A stretch of DNA of 64,000 nucleotides from the NCBI GenBank assembly GCA_010093815.1, contig ML996580.1. One strand, 5' to 3'. A program made the position numbers and the translations under genes. This DNA is from Pseudovirgaria hyperparasitica. Lineage: Eukaryota. A model generated the notes under the pieces. That model was not told the origin of the DNA and made no database searches. It worked only from the letters and a program-made list of their open reading frames with translations. Of the stretch, positions 47,337 to 58,521 are shown one piece after another (the stretch's first letter is position 1; the number at the start of each line of letters is the position of its first letter).

Positions 47337-48536
47337 TCAATTCTCCAGAATAGAGGCGTCCCAGAAATCCCTTCTCGGTGCCCCTCCATACTTCCATCGT
47401 TGATCAGGATTGTTCCTCACGTATTCATACACCGTCTCCATGCGTACTTGGCGTATATAGTACTTCATTCCTCGGATACCGTCACCACCGTCTCTGCAGC
47501 CTTGACGTACATAAGTATGCATGGTGACGAGATCATTTCGGTTGAACACCTTAAAGTGAGTGACATTCAACCCTACAATTTGTAGCGTACGATCGTTGTA
47601 AGTTTTCATCAAATGTGGCACGAATTCTAGTACATCGTTCCGGGTATTTAGCAGTCCAGGAAACTCTTCTGCTGGGTGATATCGGTATCTGATTGGGACT
47701 CGTCCAGGACGGTGTGGCAGACCATAGTAGTCGGTCATAGGATCTGGGAGGCCAACTCCATCGGGCATGCCGAGACGCATGATACCAGTTAAAGGTGGCG
47801 AGGGTGTGATTGTTCTATCTGAACGTGAGTCTGACGCGTCGGTGAGATACTCGTCTTCAGATGAGTCGGGTTCGACAACATGTGAGATATTCGGATCTGG
47901 TCGGCCGTTATCGCCGTTGTATGAAGCGACTGGATCGTAGTCTTCTCCGCCAACTTCTTCAACGTCTTCATCGTCTGTATCTGGATCATGTTCACTTTCA
48001 TTTTCATTTTCGTCTTCTTCCTCTTCCTTACCATCTCCATGAACTCCTGTTTCTCCTGTTATCGCTTCTATTTCGTCTTTCTCCTTCTCCCCTTCCTCCA
48101 CACAATTTTCCATATCCAAGTCCTCAGCTATAGCCCTCTCCCTATTCCTATCCTCACACTCCTGCAAGGACCTTTCCTCTGCAGAACCATTCGAGGAGTA
48201 CTCTGACGACCATTCACTCTCAAGATCCTCATCTAACAGCCGCTCCGCATATTTGAGTTGCCCATCACACCATAACTGGATGCCGGAAGGGACGATGGAA
48301 TACGGCCTGGCGTCTATCAGATTCGCGTCTCCGACAATCTTAATCGCCAGCTCGCGAACGGTCTCGACGTCTATCCAAGAGGTCTTTGGGCATGTAAAGT
48401 AGGTTACAGCATATTCACTTCGAGGACAGCCATTTGCGCAGCGATCTCCTGGGCTAATAAAGCGCCTAATGAGCGTCCGTTCTGGTTCGAGAGTGTCGAC
48501 GGGTATAGGAGACTGTCGAGGCTGTGTGGACTCCAT
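47337..48536 (-). CDS. Hypothetical protein with central Asp/Glu-rich tract (start uncertain)
   Basis: 452-codon open frame with first ATG at 48536. An acidic low-complexity middle is flanked by globular-looking regions. Confidence 0.65.
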   Translation of the reverse strand: MESTQPRQSPIPVDTLEPERTLIRRFISPGDRCANGCPRSEYAVTYFTCPKTSWIDVETVRELAIKIVGDANLIDARPYSIVPSGIQLWCDGQLKYAERLLDEDLESEWSSEYSSNGSAEERSLQECEDRNRERAIAEDLDMENCVEEGEKEKDEIEAITGETGVHGDGKEEEEDENENESEHDPDTDDEDVEEVGGEDYDPVASYNGDNGRPDPNISHVVEPDSSEDEYLTDASDSRSDRTITPSPPLTGIMRLGMPDGVGLPDPMTDYYGLPHRPGRVPIRYRYHPAEEFPGLLNTRNDVLEFVPHLMKTYNDRTLQIVGLNVTHFKVFNRNDLVTMHTYVRQGCRDGGDGIRGMKYYIRQVRMETVYEYVRNNPDQRWKYGGAPRRDFWDASILEN

Positions 48537-49040
48537 ATGTACGGCAACGGCACTTTCGGCTTTGAGATCATGAAGATGTGATGCATATTTGGTATGGCAG
48601 AGTAGAGCGGTTAGAATTGAGCTGGCGGCAGTAGCAAAGAACGCTATGTAAAGTGAAACACTTTCGTGATGTATGCCACAGTGTTGTCTACACAAGGTTT
48701 CTGTGAAGTTGCGTGTTTGCGTACCTGCCAGATCTCGTCAGTCCTGTAATTCTGGGTGAAGAAAGCCATGTTTGGTGATCATAGCTACGACCTACCAAAA
48801 TATCTACATTTATGTAGCTATCTATCTCTTGAGTTGTCGGAGACCTTGTGTTAGCCTGGCCCTGGAAAGTGCGAGTATCACTGCACCATAGACGCTTTCC
48901 CTTACGACCCTCAACATGAGCCTGTTCAGCAGAGGACGAAATTTTGCGGAATAGTTTGTGTTGTGAATCGTTTGTCATATTGCAAAGTGTTTACATTGGA
49001 CAAATAAAGCTAGTAATCTAAGCTGCAATCCGTTTCGGAG

Positions 49041-50072
49041 TCAAGATAGCGCTAGGGCGATGCTAGTGAATTCTTCACCGAACTGTAATACGTCTCTCCA
49101 GTCCTTAGGGATAGCGTCGATGCCGTCTCTGGCTCCCAGAAGTCCCCCAGCGATGGCAGCGTTTGTATCTGAGTCGGCACCAAGCATTACGATATCACAA
49201 ATGACTTCCTTGAAAGGCCGATCGTCCAATACTGCTGCGATTGCCAATGTCAGAGACTCCAGCACAAAGCCGCGGCCTCGGCCAGGCAATATGCCCGGAC
49301 CATCTTCAACAAGTTCTGTAGGTTTCAGCTTTTCCCCTAATTCGATGGCTCGCACCACAGCATCTGCGTTGGGTCTCAAGTGGGTTTTGTTCGATGTAGT
49401 TTTCACTGCCAGGACTGTGGCGCAAGCCTTTCCTTCACCAACTGCCGTCGCAGGAGATTGACCATCTATCAGCTGAGCGACGATGGTGTTGTATGCAGCA
49501 CATGCAATCGTACACCTTATGTCGTCGTGTGTAACTGCTGATATATCGATCGAGTGTTGGAGACGTTCCTCCTCATTTGCGGCGAAGAGCGCGGTGGGGA
49601 TGCAGCGCATCAGTGAGCCATTTCCTGCACTGCCTTGTCCTGAACCACAACCTCGCGGATCTTTCCTACCACTCGCAATGCTTTGTCGATACCTCGTGAG
49701 TCCCACGAATGTGGCACCACCAATGTCTTTCGGGGAGGACCCTGGCTGGCGACCAGGCCAACGCCCTGTTGCCCAGTCGAGCATATTATCTGCAGCAGCT
49801 TCAAGAACATCCACGTAGGATTTCCGCTCTGTAGACCTTTTGGAATACGCGAGTAGGACTGCTCTTGTTAGGTCAGTGTCATCCGTAGCATGACCTGGCT
49901 CCCACTCGAAATGACCGCCACCAATGATGCTGGTGAGACCAGTGGGAAATAACGCTTTAGTTTCTTCCCAACGTACGAATTCGAGAGTTGCGCCAAGCGA
50001 GTCTCCAGCATGGACACCGAGAAGAGCGCCGATGATGCGCTTTTGGCGATCCGTAAAGCCCGAGGACTCCAT
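49041..50072 (-). CDS. ADP-ribosylglycohydrolase (ARH/DraG family)
   Basis: GALLGVHAGDSLG, ATDDT, GNGSLMR, VTH and GADSDTNAAIAGGLLGA. Intronless. Confidence 0.93.
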   Translation of the reverse strand: MESSGFTDRQKRIIGALLGVHAGDSLGATLEFVRWEETKALFPTGLTSIIGGGHFEWEPGHATDDTDLTRAVLLAYSKRSTERKSYVDVLEAAADNMLDWATGRWPGRQPGSSPKDIGGATFVGLTRYRQSIASGRKDPRGCGSGQGSAGNGSLMRCIPTALFAANEEERLQHSIDISAVTHDDIRCTIACAAYNTIVAQLIDGQSPATAVGEGKACATVLAVKTTSNKTHLRPNADAVVRAIELGEKLKPTELVEDGPGILPGRGRGFVLESLTLAIAAVLDDRPFKEVICDIVMLGADSDTNAAIAGGLLGARDGIDAIPKDWRDVLQFGEEFTSIALALS

Positions 50073-50610
50073 TTTAGATTCGTGAGTGAGAAAGAGTTGG
50101 AAGAATGGTGATATGCAGAAAAGAGGGTGCGTGCTTCAAGATATAGCATCAGGAAACTCGACTTGGCCTACCTCTTTTAATAATCAGCAGGCATCAATGT
50201 CTAATGAGAAGCCAGCTGAAGCTTGTGTCAGTGGGGGCTTGGGCCTAGGCAGCCATCCTTAACTTAGGAGTCAGTATACTTGTGAAATCTTCACTCATCA
50301 ATATCGTGCACTCCGTTGAGCATGATGTTCATGTCGACGAAGGCAGGCACAAGGCTATGACCATGGATGTTGGAGTTCAAGTCGCTGTGATGGATATGGG
50401 CCTTGCAAGGCTTGCATGGGATGGAGGGCTTCAGAATCTAGTCTAAATACAGCTAGCCAATGCATCTTCACGCCTTAACGTTCAGGCGCCAGCCAAGATA
50501 AAAAGTTATTTCGGTGGAGCTCGTTTACATTGAAAATTGCGACTAATACTTGCTGCATTTTCCTTGTGCCATATCGCCGTATAGTGTTCCATACCACTCC
50601 AAGTCTTATA

Positions 50611-52881
50611 ATGTCTCCTCATCGTAAGAAACTCAAGCTTTCGGACGGCGGAGTGGCTGTTCCTCCCACCAAAGAAATTGCTCCCGAGAGTGATGCTCCC
50701 ATTACCAATGGCGAAGCGAAGGTCGAAAAGCCAAGAAGGTCACTGTTCGTGAAAGGTCTGGCGCCAGAGACGACTACGGATGATCTCACAGAGCTCTTCT
50801 CACAATCATTTCCATTGAAGCATGCTACCGCCGTGGTCGATCCCACATCCCAATTGTGCCGTGGCTATGGTTTCGTTACCTTCGCTGATGCAGAAGATGC
50901 GCAAAGAGCCAAGGAAGAATTCAAGGACCATATATTACATGGGAAAAAGATCAGAATAGACGTATCAGAGCCTCGTCAGCGTAAAGAGAAAGGGCCGCCG
51001 AATGCAAGCCGGCCGGCCAGCGGGGTCGCTGTTGCGAAAGAGCCTGCAAAGGTAGACAACGCGCCACGATTAATTATACGAAATCTACCATGGAGTATCA
51101 AAACCCCTGCACAGCTACAGAAACTGTTCCAGCCATATGGCGCTATGCACGAACCTATACTTCCTAAAAAGCCAGGCACAGATCAGTTGAGGGGGTTTGG
51201 CATCGTGGTCATGAAGAAGAGAAAGAATGCTCAGACAGCAATTGAGAAACTCTCGGGGAAGGAAGTTGATGGGCGTACTTTGGCTGTCGATTGGGCAGTG
51301 GATAAATCAACGTGGCAGAACCTGCAACACAACACCGAAGCTGAGGACGACGACGAGGATGATGAGGAGGACAATGACGATAACAACCAGAATGAAGATG
51401 AAGCAGACAGCAGCGATGTGAAAGGCACAGTCATCGACGAAGATGTCGACGACGACATGGAGAATTCTTTGTCCGATATTGATAACCTCGCAGAGGATGG
51501 CGAGGACATGGACGAGGACGATGAAGATGAAGCTTCAGAAACTGAGCCTCCGATGACTACTCTCTTCGTACGCAACCTTCCTTTTTCTGCAACAGATGAA
51601 TCGCTCGAGGATCATTTCCGAACTTTTGGTGCTGTGCGGTACGCTAGGATCGTAATCGACCATAACCTAGGAGTTCCGAAAGGCACTGGGTTTGTTTGTT
51701 TCTACAAGGAAGAAGACGCACAACAGTGCCTGAAGAGAGCACCAAAAGAAAAAATTGACGTCCAAGTTTCACGACCCTCTGCCACCAAATCAGTGCTGCA
51801 GAATGTGGAAAATGATACTTCAGGTCACTACACGATGGATGGCAGAGTTTTACACCTGTCTCAAGCCGTTAGTCAGAAAGATGCAAAGCGTCTGCAAACA
51901 GAAGGTGCTGACAAGCGACTCACGCGCGACAAAGACAAGAGGAGACTGTTCCTCTTGAACGAGGGGACAATCTCGACAAAATCTACGCTGTATCAAAAAC
52001 TATCACCAACCGAAATCGCCATGCGAGACGCTAGTGTAAAGCAAAGAAAGACCTTGTTACAAACAAACCCATCTTTGAACATTAGTTTTGTCCGTCTTGC
52101 TGTTCGAAATATACCCAGGAGTATCGACTCGAAGGCTCTGAAGGCGCTTGCTCGTGAGGCAGTAGTTGGATTTGCAACCGATGTCAAAGCCGGCCTTCGA
52201 GAGCCGATTTCCCGTGAGGAGTTGAGCAGAGGAGGCGAGGAGATGAAGAAAGCAGAGAAAGAACGCAAGAAGCGCGCAGTCGGTGTTGTAAAACAAGCTA
52301 AAGTTGTCTTCGAGGGCGAAAAGGGCGGCAAAGTGGATGAGAGAAGTGGTGCTGGCAGGAGTCGCGGTTATGGTTTCATTGAATACTACACGCATCGGAA
52401 CGCCCTCATGGGTCTGCGATGGCTCAATGGCCACGAAGTCGGTTACAAGACACAGGAGCCGAAGAAGAAAGGCAACGCGGAATTTCAGGACCGCAAGAAG
52501 AGACTTATCGTTGAATTCGCTATTGAGAATGCCCAGGTCGTACATCGCCGCCAGGAGCGAGAAGCTAAGCACCGCTCAGACGGACAGGATAAAGGCGACA
52601 CCGAGAATCCTGTCAACGAGGAGGCCAAGGTTCAGAAAGGCGGCTTCAAGGATAAGAAAGGTAGTATCAAGGACCGGAAAGCGGAACGAAAGGACTTGAA
52701 GCGGAAACGAGGTGACAAGCCTGATACTGGTAACAAGAAGCTTAAACCGAAGACTCCTGCACCGGTCAACAACGCTGCTAAGGTCAACGGTTCTGCAGAC
52801 AAGGGCGTCCAACATATCATCGCTAGGAATCGGCATGAGAAGCGAGCGGCACGCAAGATGCGGAATGCCGCACAAAAATAG
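50611..52881 (+). CDS. NOP4: Nucleolar multi-RRM ribosome biogenesis protein Nop4 (RBM28)
   Basis: Four RRMs (RGYGFVTF, RGFGIV, KGTGFVCF, RSRGYGFIEY), acidic linker, DKRRLFLLNEG and RLIVEFAIEN. Confidence 0.95.
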   Translation: MSPHRKKLKLSDGGVAVPPTKEIAPESDAPITNGEAKVEKPRRSLFVKGLAPETTTDDLTELFSQSFPLKHATAVVDPTSQLCRGYGFVTFADAEDAQRAKEEFKDHILHGKKIRIDVSEPRQRKEKGPPNASRPASGVAVAKEPAKVDNAPRLIIRNLPWSIKTPAQLQKLFQPYGAMHEPILPKKPGTDQLRGFGIVVMKKRKNAQTAIEKLSGKEVDGRTLAVDWAVDKSTWQNLQHNTEAEDDDEDDEEDNDDNNQNEDEADSSDVKGTVIDEDVDDDMENSLSDIDNLAEDGEDMDEDDEDEASETEPPMTTLFVRNLPFSATDESLEDHFRTFGAVRYARIVIDHNLGVPKGTGFVCFYKEEDAQQCLKRAPKEKIDVQVSRPSATKSVLQNVENDTSGHYTMDGRVLHLSQAVSQKDAKRLQTEGADKRLTRDKDKRRLFLLNEGTISTKSTLYQKLSPTEIAMRDASVKQRKTLLQTNPSLNISFVRLAVRNIPRSIDSKALKALAREAVVGFATDVKAGLREPISREELSRGGEEMKKAEKERKKRAVGVVKQAKVVFEGEKGGKVDERSGAGRSRGYGFIEYYTHRNALMGLRWLNGHEVGYKTQEPKKKGNAEFQDRKKRLIVEFAIENAQVVHRRQEREAKHRSDGQDKGDTENPVNEEAKVQKGGFKDKKGSIKDRKAERKDLKRKRGDKPDTGNKKLKPKTPAPVNNAAKVNGSADKGVQHIIARNRHEKRAARKMRNAAQK

Positions 52882-53186
52882 TTCATAGTAATCTCACAGC
52901 ATTCTTCGGCGTTCTAACAAAAGTTCAGAGAACGTTGGCGTGTCATTTGTATCTTGCATAGAGGGAAATGAGCTGTGTTGCAAGTGCTGGTCACAATCTT
53001 GTTGAGTATGTCTGTTGCAAAAGTGCTTACATCGAGCCTTTCACAGCAACAGAGAAGTCGTGATCATATTGCAATACTAAGACATGTAACGCTAAATGCT
53101 AATGGAGGACCATACTGAGCCACATGCAGAACAAGACTTGCTATGCACACTCCGACATACTTCCAGGTGCGTCAACTTCATAGCCG

Positions 53187-54712
53187 CTATTGAGCGGCCT
53201 GTTCCGTTTCGATATCCTTCACTGGCTCCTCTGGGATAGCGAACATAGGTATCTTCTTGACTGGGGACATACCCAGAGACTCCGAACTTCCTGGGTGAAG
53301 CGATGGAACCGAAGTCATCTGCTGTGACTGATCTGAGTTACCGTTGAGGGAAAGTATTCGAGTAGAAGCGTCCTCAGGGGTCTCTTGTACCAACACGCCG
53401 TCATTGGCAGCCTGAACCTTATTCCTGATACTGGAGAGCGCTTGAACGTCGGGTATCACGCGCGATACTACGGCGGCTTCATCGGCGTCATGGGCGATCT
53501 TGGAATCATCACTATTTGTGGCCGTCTCTGTGTTCGCTGCATTAGGTGGGCCCGTCCTAGTTTCGAGCATCTCGGTATCGCCATTCGTGTCTTTGCTCTC
53601 TTGCCCTTCTTTCTTCTGGTTTCGCTTAGCTCTAGCAGCCGCTATCAATGACTGGAACTGATCACTGTTATCTTGAGCCCAGCTTTTCCCATCAAAGTCT
53701 TTCCGCATCACACTCGGTATCGCGGAGTCGCGTGTATGTCCTCCTTGGCTCCTTTCCCATTGGTCCAGCTCTCTCAGCAGCTCGCTCTTTTTACGCGGTC
53801 GACTTGAATCGCAATTCGAGTTCCAAAGGTTTATCCACTCGGTGTGACGGCGAGCGAGGAGTTGTTTTGGGCCCCATGCTGGGATTCCGAGCTCTTGGAG
53901 CTTTTTCCGAAGGGCTATGTCTTTGAGGATGGAGTAGTTGAGTTGTGGGAGGCGTTGCGGGGCGGTTGAGTTATGTTGTGGGAGTGTATGCGCCGAGCGT
54001 GTTTCGGACAATCTGCTTATATCAATACTGGTAGTAGTGCGACCAACGGTCATGGGTGTACGAACCTTACTTGCGCTGCTCGCTTCTTGTCCTGTTTTTG
54101 CTCCTCTTCACAGCGGTCTAGATGCACGAACACGGACTCCTCTTTCATACGCTTGCTGCACATGGGACAAGGCACCAGACCATCATCTGGCTCCGGTTGT
54201 TCATCTTCACTTTCCTCCGCAGTAGCATCCGAGTCCTCTATGCTGATGGCCTCCGCATGCGCTGGTGTCACTTCAGTTCTCGATGCCTGACTTCTTGTCG
54301 TCCTTTGGCTCCGCCTTGGCGAAGTATGCTCTTCTAGATCAGTGTCGACAATCTTCCTCTTCAGCTTCCTTCTCCCCTTGCCCTGATCCTCTTTCTCTTC
54401 GCTCTCTTTCCTCGCCAGTTCTAGTGCCTGCGGTCTTGCGCCGCTGAAACCATCCACGACCTCTTGCACAGTCCAATTACGCCGCAGCTTACTTGCGTCG
54501 TCACTCGCTCGACACGCTGGACACTTCCCGTCTGAGGCGAGACAGCGCCGTATGCAAAGTGAGCAGAATGTATGCGAGCAGGACGTAATCATGGGTGTAT
54601 CAAAGAAGTCTTTGCACACTTGACATCGTAAGGCGGTCTCGAGCACTGAGAAGGACGATAGAGGGGTGTCGAGCCAATCGGTCGAGTCAGTGATTTCAAA
54701 GTTTTTGTCCAT
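53187..54712 (-). CDS. RAD18: Post-replication repair E3 ubiquitin ligase Rad18
   Basis: DSTDW, RING C..CKDFF...CSHTFCSLCIRRC...CPAC, UBZ CPMC...HLDRC and SAP LNYSILKD..LRKKL...HTEWINLWN.NCDS. One phase-2 intron near 54013-54065. Confidence 0.95.
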
Positions 54713-55016
54713 GGCGAAGCGTGACCTGGACGTACTACACCATCGTCCAGCGAGCGGAATGATGGTGTAATGGATCGCGTTCTGAGAACGCGTTTACTAG
54801 CGTCACAAACTAAGCCTAATAGGGAACGAGTATTAGGCTCTCCCACGAGGTATCTATGTCTGACGTTCAATGAGACCATTCTATTACGATCGGTGAGCTT
54901 TCATCATCATGTGACGCTATGTCTAGATATATCGCCATATACTATGTACCAGAATACGCTATCCAAGTCCCTAAGTGCCTTGCAAGGCTCAGGCTACATC
55001 TTACTATATAACAGAC

Positions 55017-56029
55017 TTAGTCAGGCTCATACACAAATGGAGCATCGTAGCCAGCCCTACGCCTATCCAGAATGAGCTTTACAATACTCGTATGCCCAGC
55101 CGATACTGCTGTATAAAGAACATCCTGTCCCCGATCATCACGTACGGTGGTATCAGCACCGAACTGCAGTAGACATGCAACCATACGTTCGTCTCCTAGC
55201 TCTGTAGCGATATGTAATGCCGTAGCGCCGTTCCTGTCACGATCGCTCCATTTCGCTGCGTCATAGCTGATAAGCATACCAACTATAGCGGTCTTCCCGG
55301 TGCGGACGGCCAAGTGCAAGACGGGCTCCGTTGGCTCTCGTGTTTCAGACCCTTCCGTGTCTGCATCATGTGTCGAATGCGGATCGGAATGCCCTACTCC
55401 GTTGCCGAGCCGGTAAGGGGGACTGACCTGTTGACTAGGGGGTGTTATAAGTATCTAAGGGTTTGGTTGTGGACTTTGCCAGCGATTTGATTCTCCGGTG
55501 GTATCAGGAGCCGTTCTATATTTGTCGAGTGCTGAACAGGTATTCCTGATAGATGGCCCTGTGTCAGAGAGAGGGATAGACTCAGGCGTACTAGTAGGAG
55601 TTGAAGCAGCAGAAGGAACCTGTATCCGCTCCTGGGGGTAAGTCCGTTGATCCCCAGTTCGGGTCTTTGCAAGCACTTTAGAGCCTCGTTCAGACCGAAT
55701 ATTTGGTGTTATGTCACGTTCTGCTTCAGTACGTGGACGCTGCACTACCGGATTTCTCCTTCCAGTCTTTTCTGCGCAGTAAGGGGTCAGTAAGATGTGG
55801 TTCAACCAATGGAAGCGATTACAGACCTCGATATCTGCGCTGAGCTTCTCTATTCTGTAGTCTGCGGCGAGACGAGACTGCCGGGCGGACATTCCTCAAG
55901 GAAATGACTTCAGTATCATGGCCGTGATTGTTTTCTGGAGCCATAACGTAGTGTGGTACTACTGAAATTGCTAAGAAAGCGTAAGCGATGTTGCTTACTC
56001 TTCTCGAAGTCTACTTCAAGGTCCATCAT
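55017..56029 (-). CDS. bZIP-basic-region plus ankyrin-repeat (bANK, ToxE-like) transcription regulator, interrupted by one in-frame TAG at 55455-55457
   Basis: RRRLQNREAQRRYR at about 55828-55869 and intron 55772-55826. Downstream ankyrin repeats VLHLAVRTG, GATALHIA and GQDVLYTAVSAGH are in the same frame as the linker. Start could be 56050/56029 (with an extra intron) or 55944. Confidence 0.8.
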
Positions 56030-56542
56030 GGATTTGACCACGTTATTCATCGAGTCGTATCTCTACTCCACAAAGGTAAGTTCAAAATTTCCCCCACTCA
56101 CTATCTTGTCGGCTCCCAAGGTTTTGTCATGAGGCATTGGTAAGCATGTAAGCCATAATACGCCAAGCAAGCTTATACTTCGTGCCGCTTATGTACTAGC
56201 ACGACCTCTACTAGGAGTAAGCAATGCGGATAAGCATGCTCACACGCATCTGGCCAAGAATGATGGTACATGAAATATCGTAACCTGCTTCATGATTAAT
56301 TGCCATGTTGCAGTGTCTAAGCAGTTCAATCGCTGAGCATGATGCATCTGAACCATGTGGACGATGTAGTACGCTGTCTTAGAAATCAGATGTGAATCTT
56401 GGAGTCTTTATATGAACCCTCTTACCAAGGTTATCATGCATGGCAGTACTTGCGATCCCTTTGCTTTACCCTCAATCCTTGATCTCTCAAACACATTCAT
56501 AGCAAATCAAAAAGCACAAATCTTGATACAAACACTCACAAC

Positions 56543-57473
56543 ATGCCTTCTTCAACAGTTGTAATCGTCACTGGTGCTAGTAGAGGTACATAGACTGTCC
56601 TATATGGCTAAGGATCATTTGTGGGTTAGATACTCACAAGAAATGCACACAGGCATTGGCCACGCAATAGTGGCAGCATATCTCTCGCGTCCGAACCATA
56701 CTGTCATTGGCAGTGTGCGCAAAACCGACACCCCAAGAACAGAAGATCTCAAGAATCTTCCTGTGGCTACCGGTTCGCGGCTCTTGCTCGTCAGCATTGA
56801 AAGTACGTCCACCTCAGACCCAAAGAGGGCGGTCGAAGACATGGAGGCTGCCGGTATCGCGCACATCGATATTGTCGTCTCTAATGCCGGCATCTCTCCC
56901 GCTCCAGCACCTCTTGACCTTGCCGATCCCGAGGATTTGATACAGGCTTTCAAGGTCAACGCTGTCGCCTCAGTTTTGCTGTTCCAGGCTGCGAATAGGC
57001 TACTATCCAAGTCGGAAGCTCCGAAATGGGTTTCGATCTCGAGTCGTGTCGGCTCTATCGGACAGGCGGCGAGTTTCTACCAATATGCGAGCGCCTACGG
57101 CATGTCCAAAGCTGCTCAGGACTGGTTCACTGCGTAAGTCAATTTGGAGTCATAAGTGGACTGAGATATGAGTCGGACTAACCTACATCTCTAGAACGCT
57201 ACACCACTCGTACGAATCTCTGACAGCTTTCGCTGTTCATCCTGGGTGAGTGATCTATATCATCATGTAACGATATACTGCTAAAGTCCTTTCTATAGAT
57301 TTGTATCGACAGATATGGGTGTTGCGGCTGCGAAGGGTGCTGGCATAGACATGCCCGCTACTACTGCGAAAGAAAGTGCTGCCAAGTTGCTCGAGGTGAT
57401 CGACTCTGCACAACGAGAGAGAGAAGGTGCGAAACTTATTGATATCATGACTCATGAAGAAATCTCTTGGTAG
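56543..57473 (+). CDS. Classical short-chain dehydrogenase/reductase (Nor-1-like ketoreductase family)
   Basis: TGASRGIG across intron 56586-56652, VSNAG, ISSRVGS, YGMSK and HPGFVSTDMG. Further introns 57134-57194 and 57246-57298. Confidence 0.92.
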
Positions 57474-57894
57474 AGGAGCATGTAACACACAACTATTGAT
57501 GGCTTGTCTACGAGAATAATATGTCTTCACATGTTGCGGTTAGCAATGCTGGAACAGTATTAGCCCAATCTAAATTGAAATACTTCTCTTTGTTCCCAGG
57601 TGTAATTGCGCATAATGTTGGTGCCTGCTCGAGTACGCTAAGACGTTGTCCGTCATCGTTTTAGTGTAGGAAGTTCGACAGCGGACAGCTGAATTACCTG
57701 TTTGAGCCCTAACTGGCCAATGAACACACACTGCGGGCCCCTCAGCCTCAGACTAGAGGTAAGCTTGTAATGGATGGCCTTATGGGTGCCTAGAGGAAAA
57801 GCTTACATATAAGAAGTAGAGCCAGCATGCAGGATTCCTTTCAGACCGCGATACACACCCACGGACCTTCGACTGTCAAACTTTCAAATATAAG

Positions 57895-58521
57895 ATGGCA
57901 GCGTCATCTCGAGAAACCCAATTGTCCCCAGAAAACAGCATAATCCACGAGAAGCGCAATCCCGAATCCTTGCGCGCACGCGTCGAGGAAATATCGCAAG
58001 CCGATGTCCAAGATGCAGTCGCTGGTATGGCAGATCTCGTCCCAGGCCTGAGCACCTACCTGTCATTCACCGGGGCGCGAGTTGTAACGCATCCTGTCTA
58101 TACTGGCAACGCAAACCTGAATCAAGTCGCGAAAGTATGGATGAAACTGTGCCGGAGCTGTATGACGAAAGACGCACCACTTGCCTGTCGCTTACAACAA
58201 AGTGACCTGTTTCCACACTTTGAAAAGCTGTACAAGCGAAGTAACCAGGAGGCCAAAGATTCGAGTCTCGCGTGGCTCTTCAGGGACGTACGCGAGTTCA
58301 AGCTCGGCTGCGCGCACTGCAGAGGCGACCCCAACTACTGCATTCCAATGAATGAAAGATGTGAAATGGCGTTATACGTTCGAAGAAACCTATACAACGA
58401 GTATTGGCCTGGCCAGGAGGCCCGTGGAGGTTTAGGTTGTTACGATGGAGAAAGGTTCGATTTGGCCACGCGTGAACAGATAGAGGACGCGATTGCGCGA
58501 GGAGTGGAGCGCGCAACTTGA
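57895..58521 (+). CDS. Hypothetical Cys-rich protein, 208 aa, intronless
   Basis: Clean ATG-TGA ORF with a TATA-like CATATAAG at about 57805, CRSC and CAHC motifs, and globular composition. Confidence 0.75.
   Translation: MAASSRETQLSPENSIIHEKRNPESLRARVEEISQADVQDAVAGMADLVPGLSTYLSFTGARVVTHPVYTGNANLNQVAKVWMKLCRSCMTKDAPLACRLQQSDLFPHFEKLYKRSNQEAKDSSLAWLFRDVREFKLGCAHCRGDPNYCIPMNERCEMALYVRRNLYNEYWPGQEARGGLGCYDGERFDLATREQIEDAIARGVERAT

Noticed and set aside
55455..55457. TAG reassigned as a sense codon genome-wide
   Set aside because: ESF1, SPC25, NOP4 and the SDR end at TAG at their expected C-termini.
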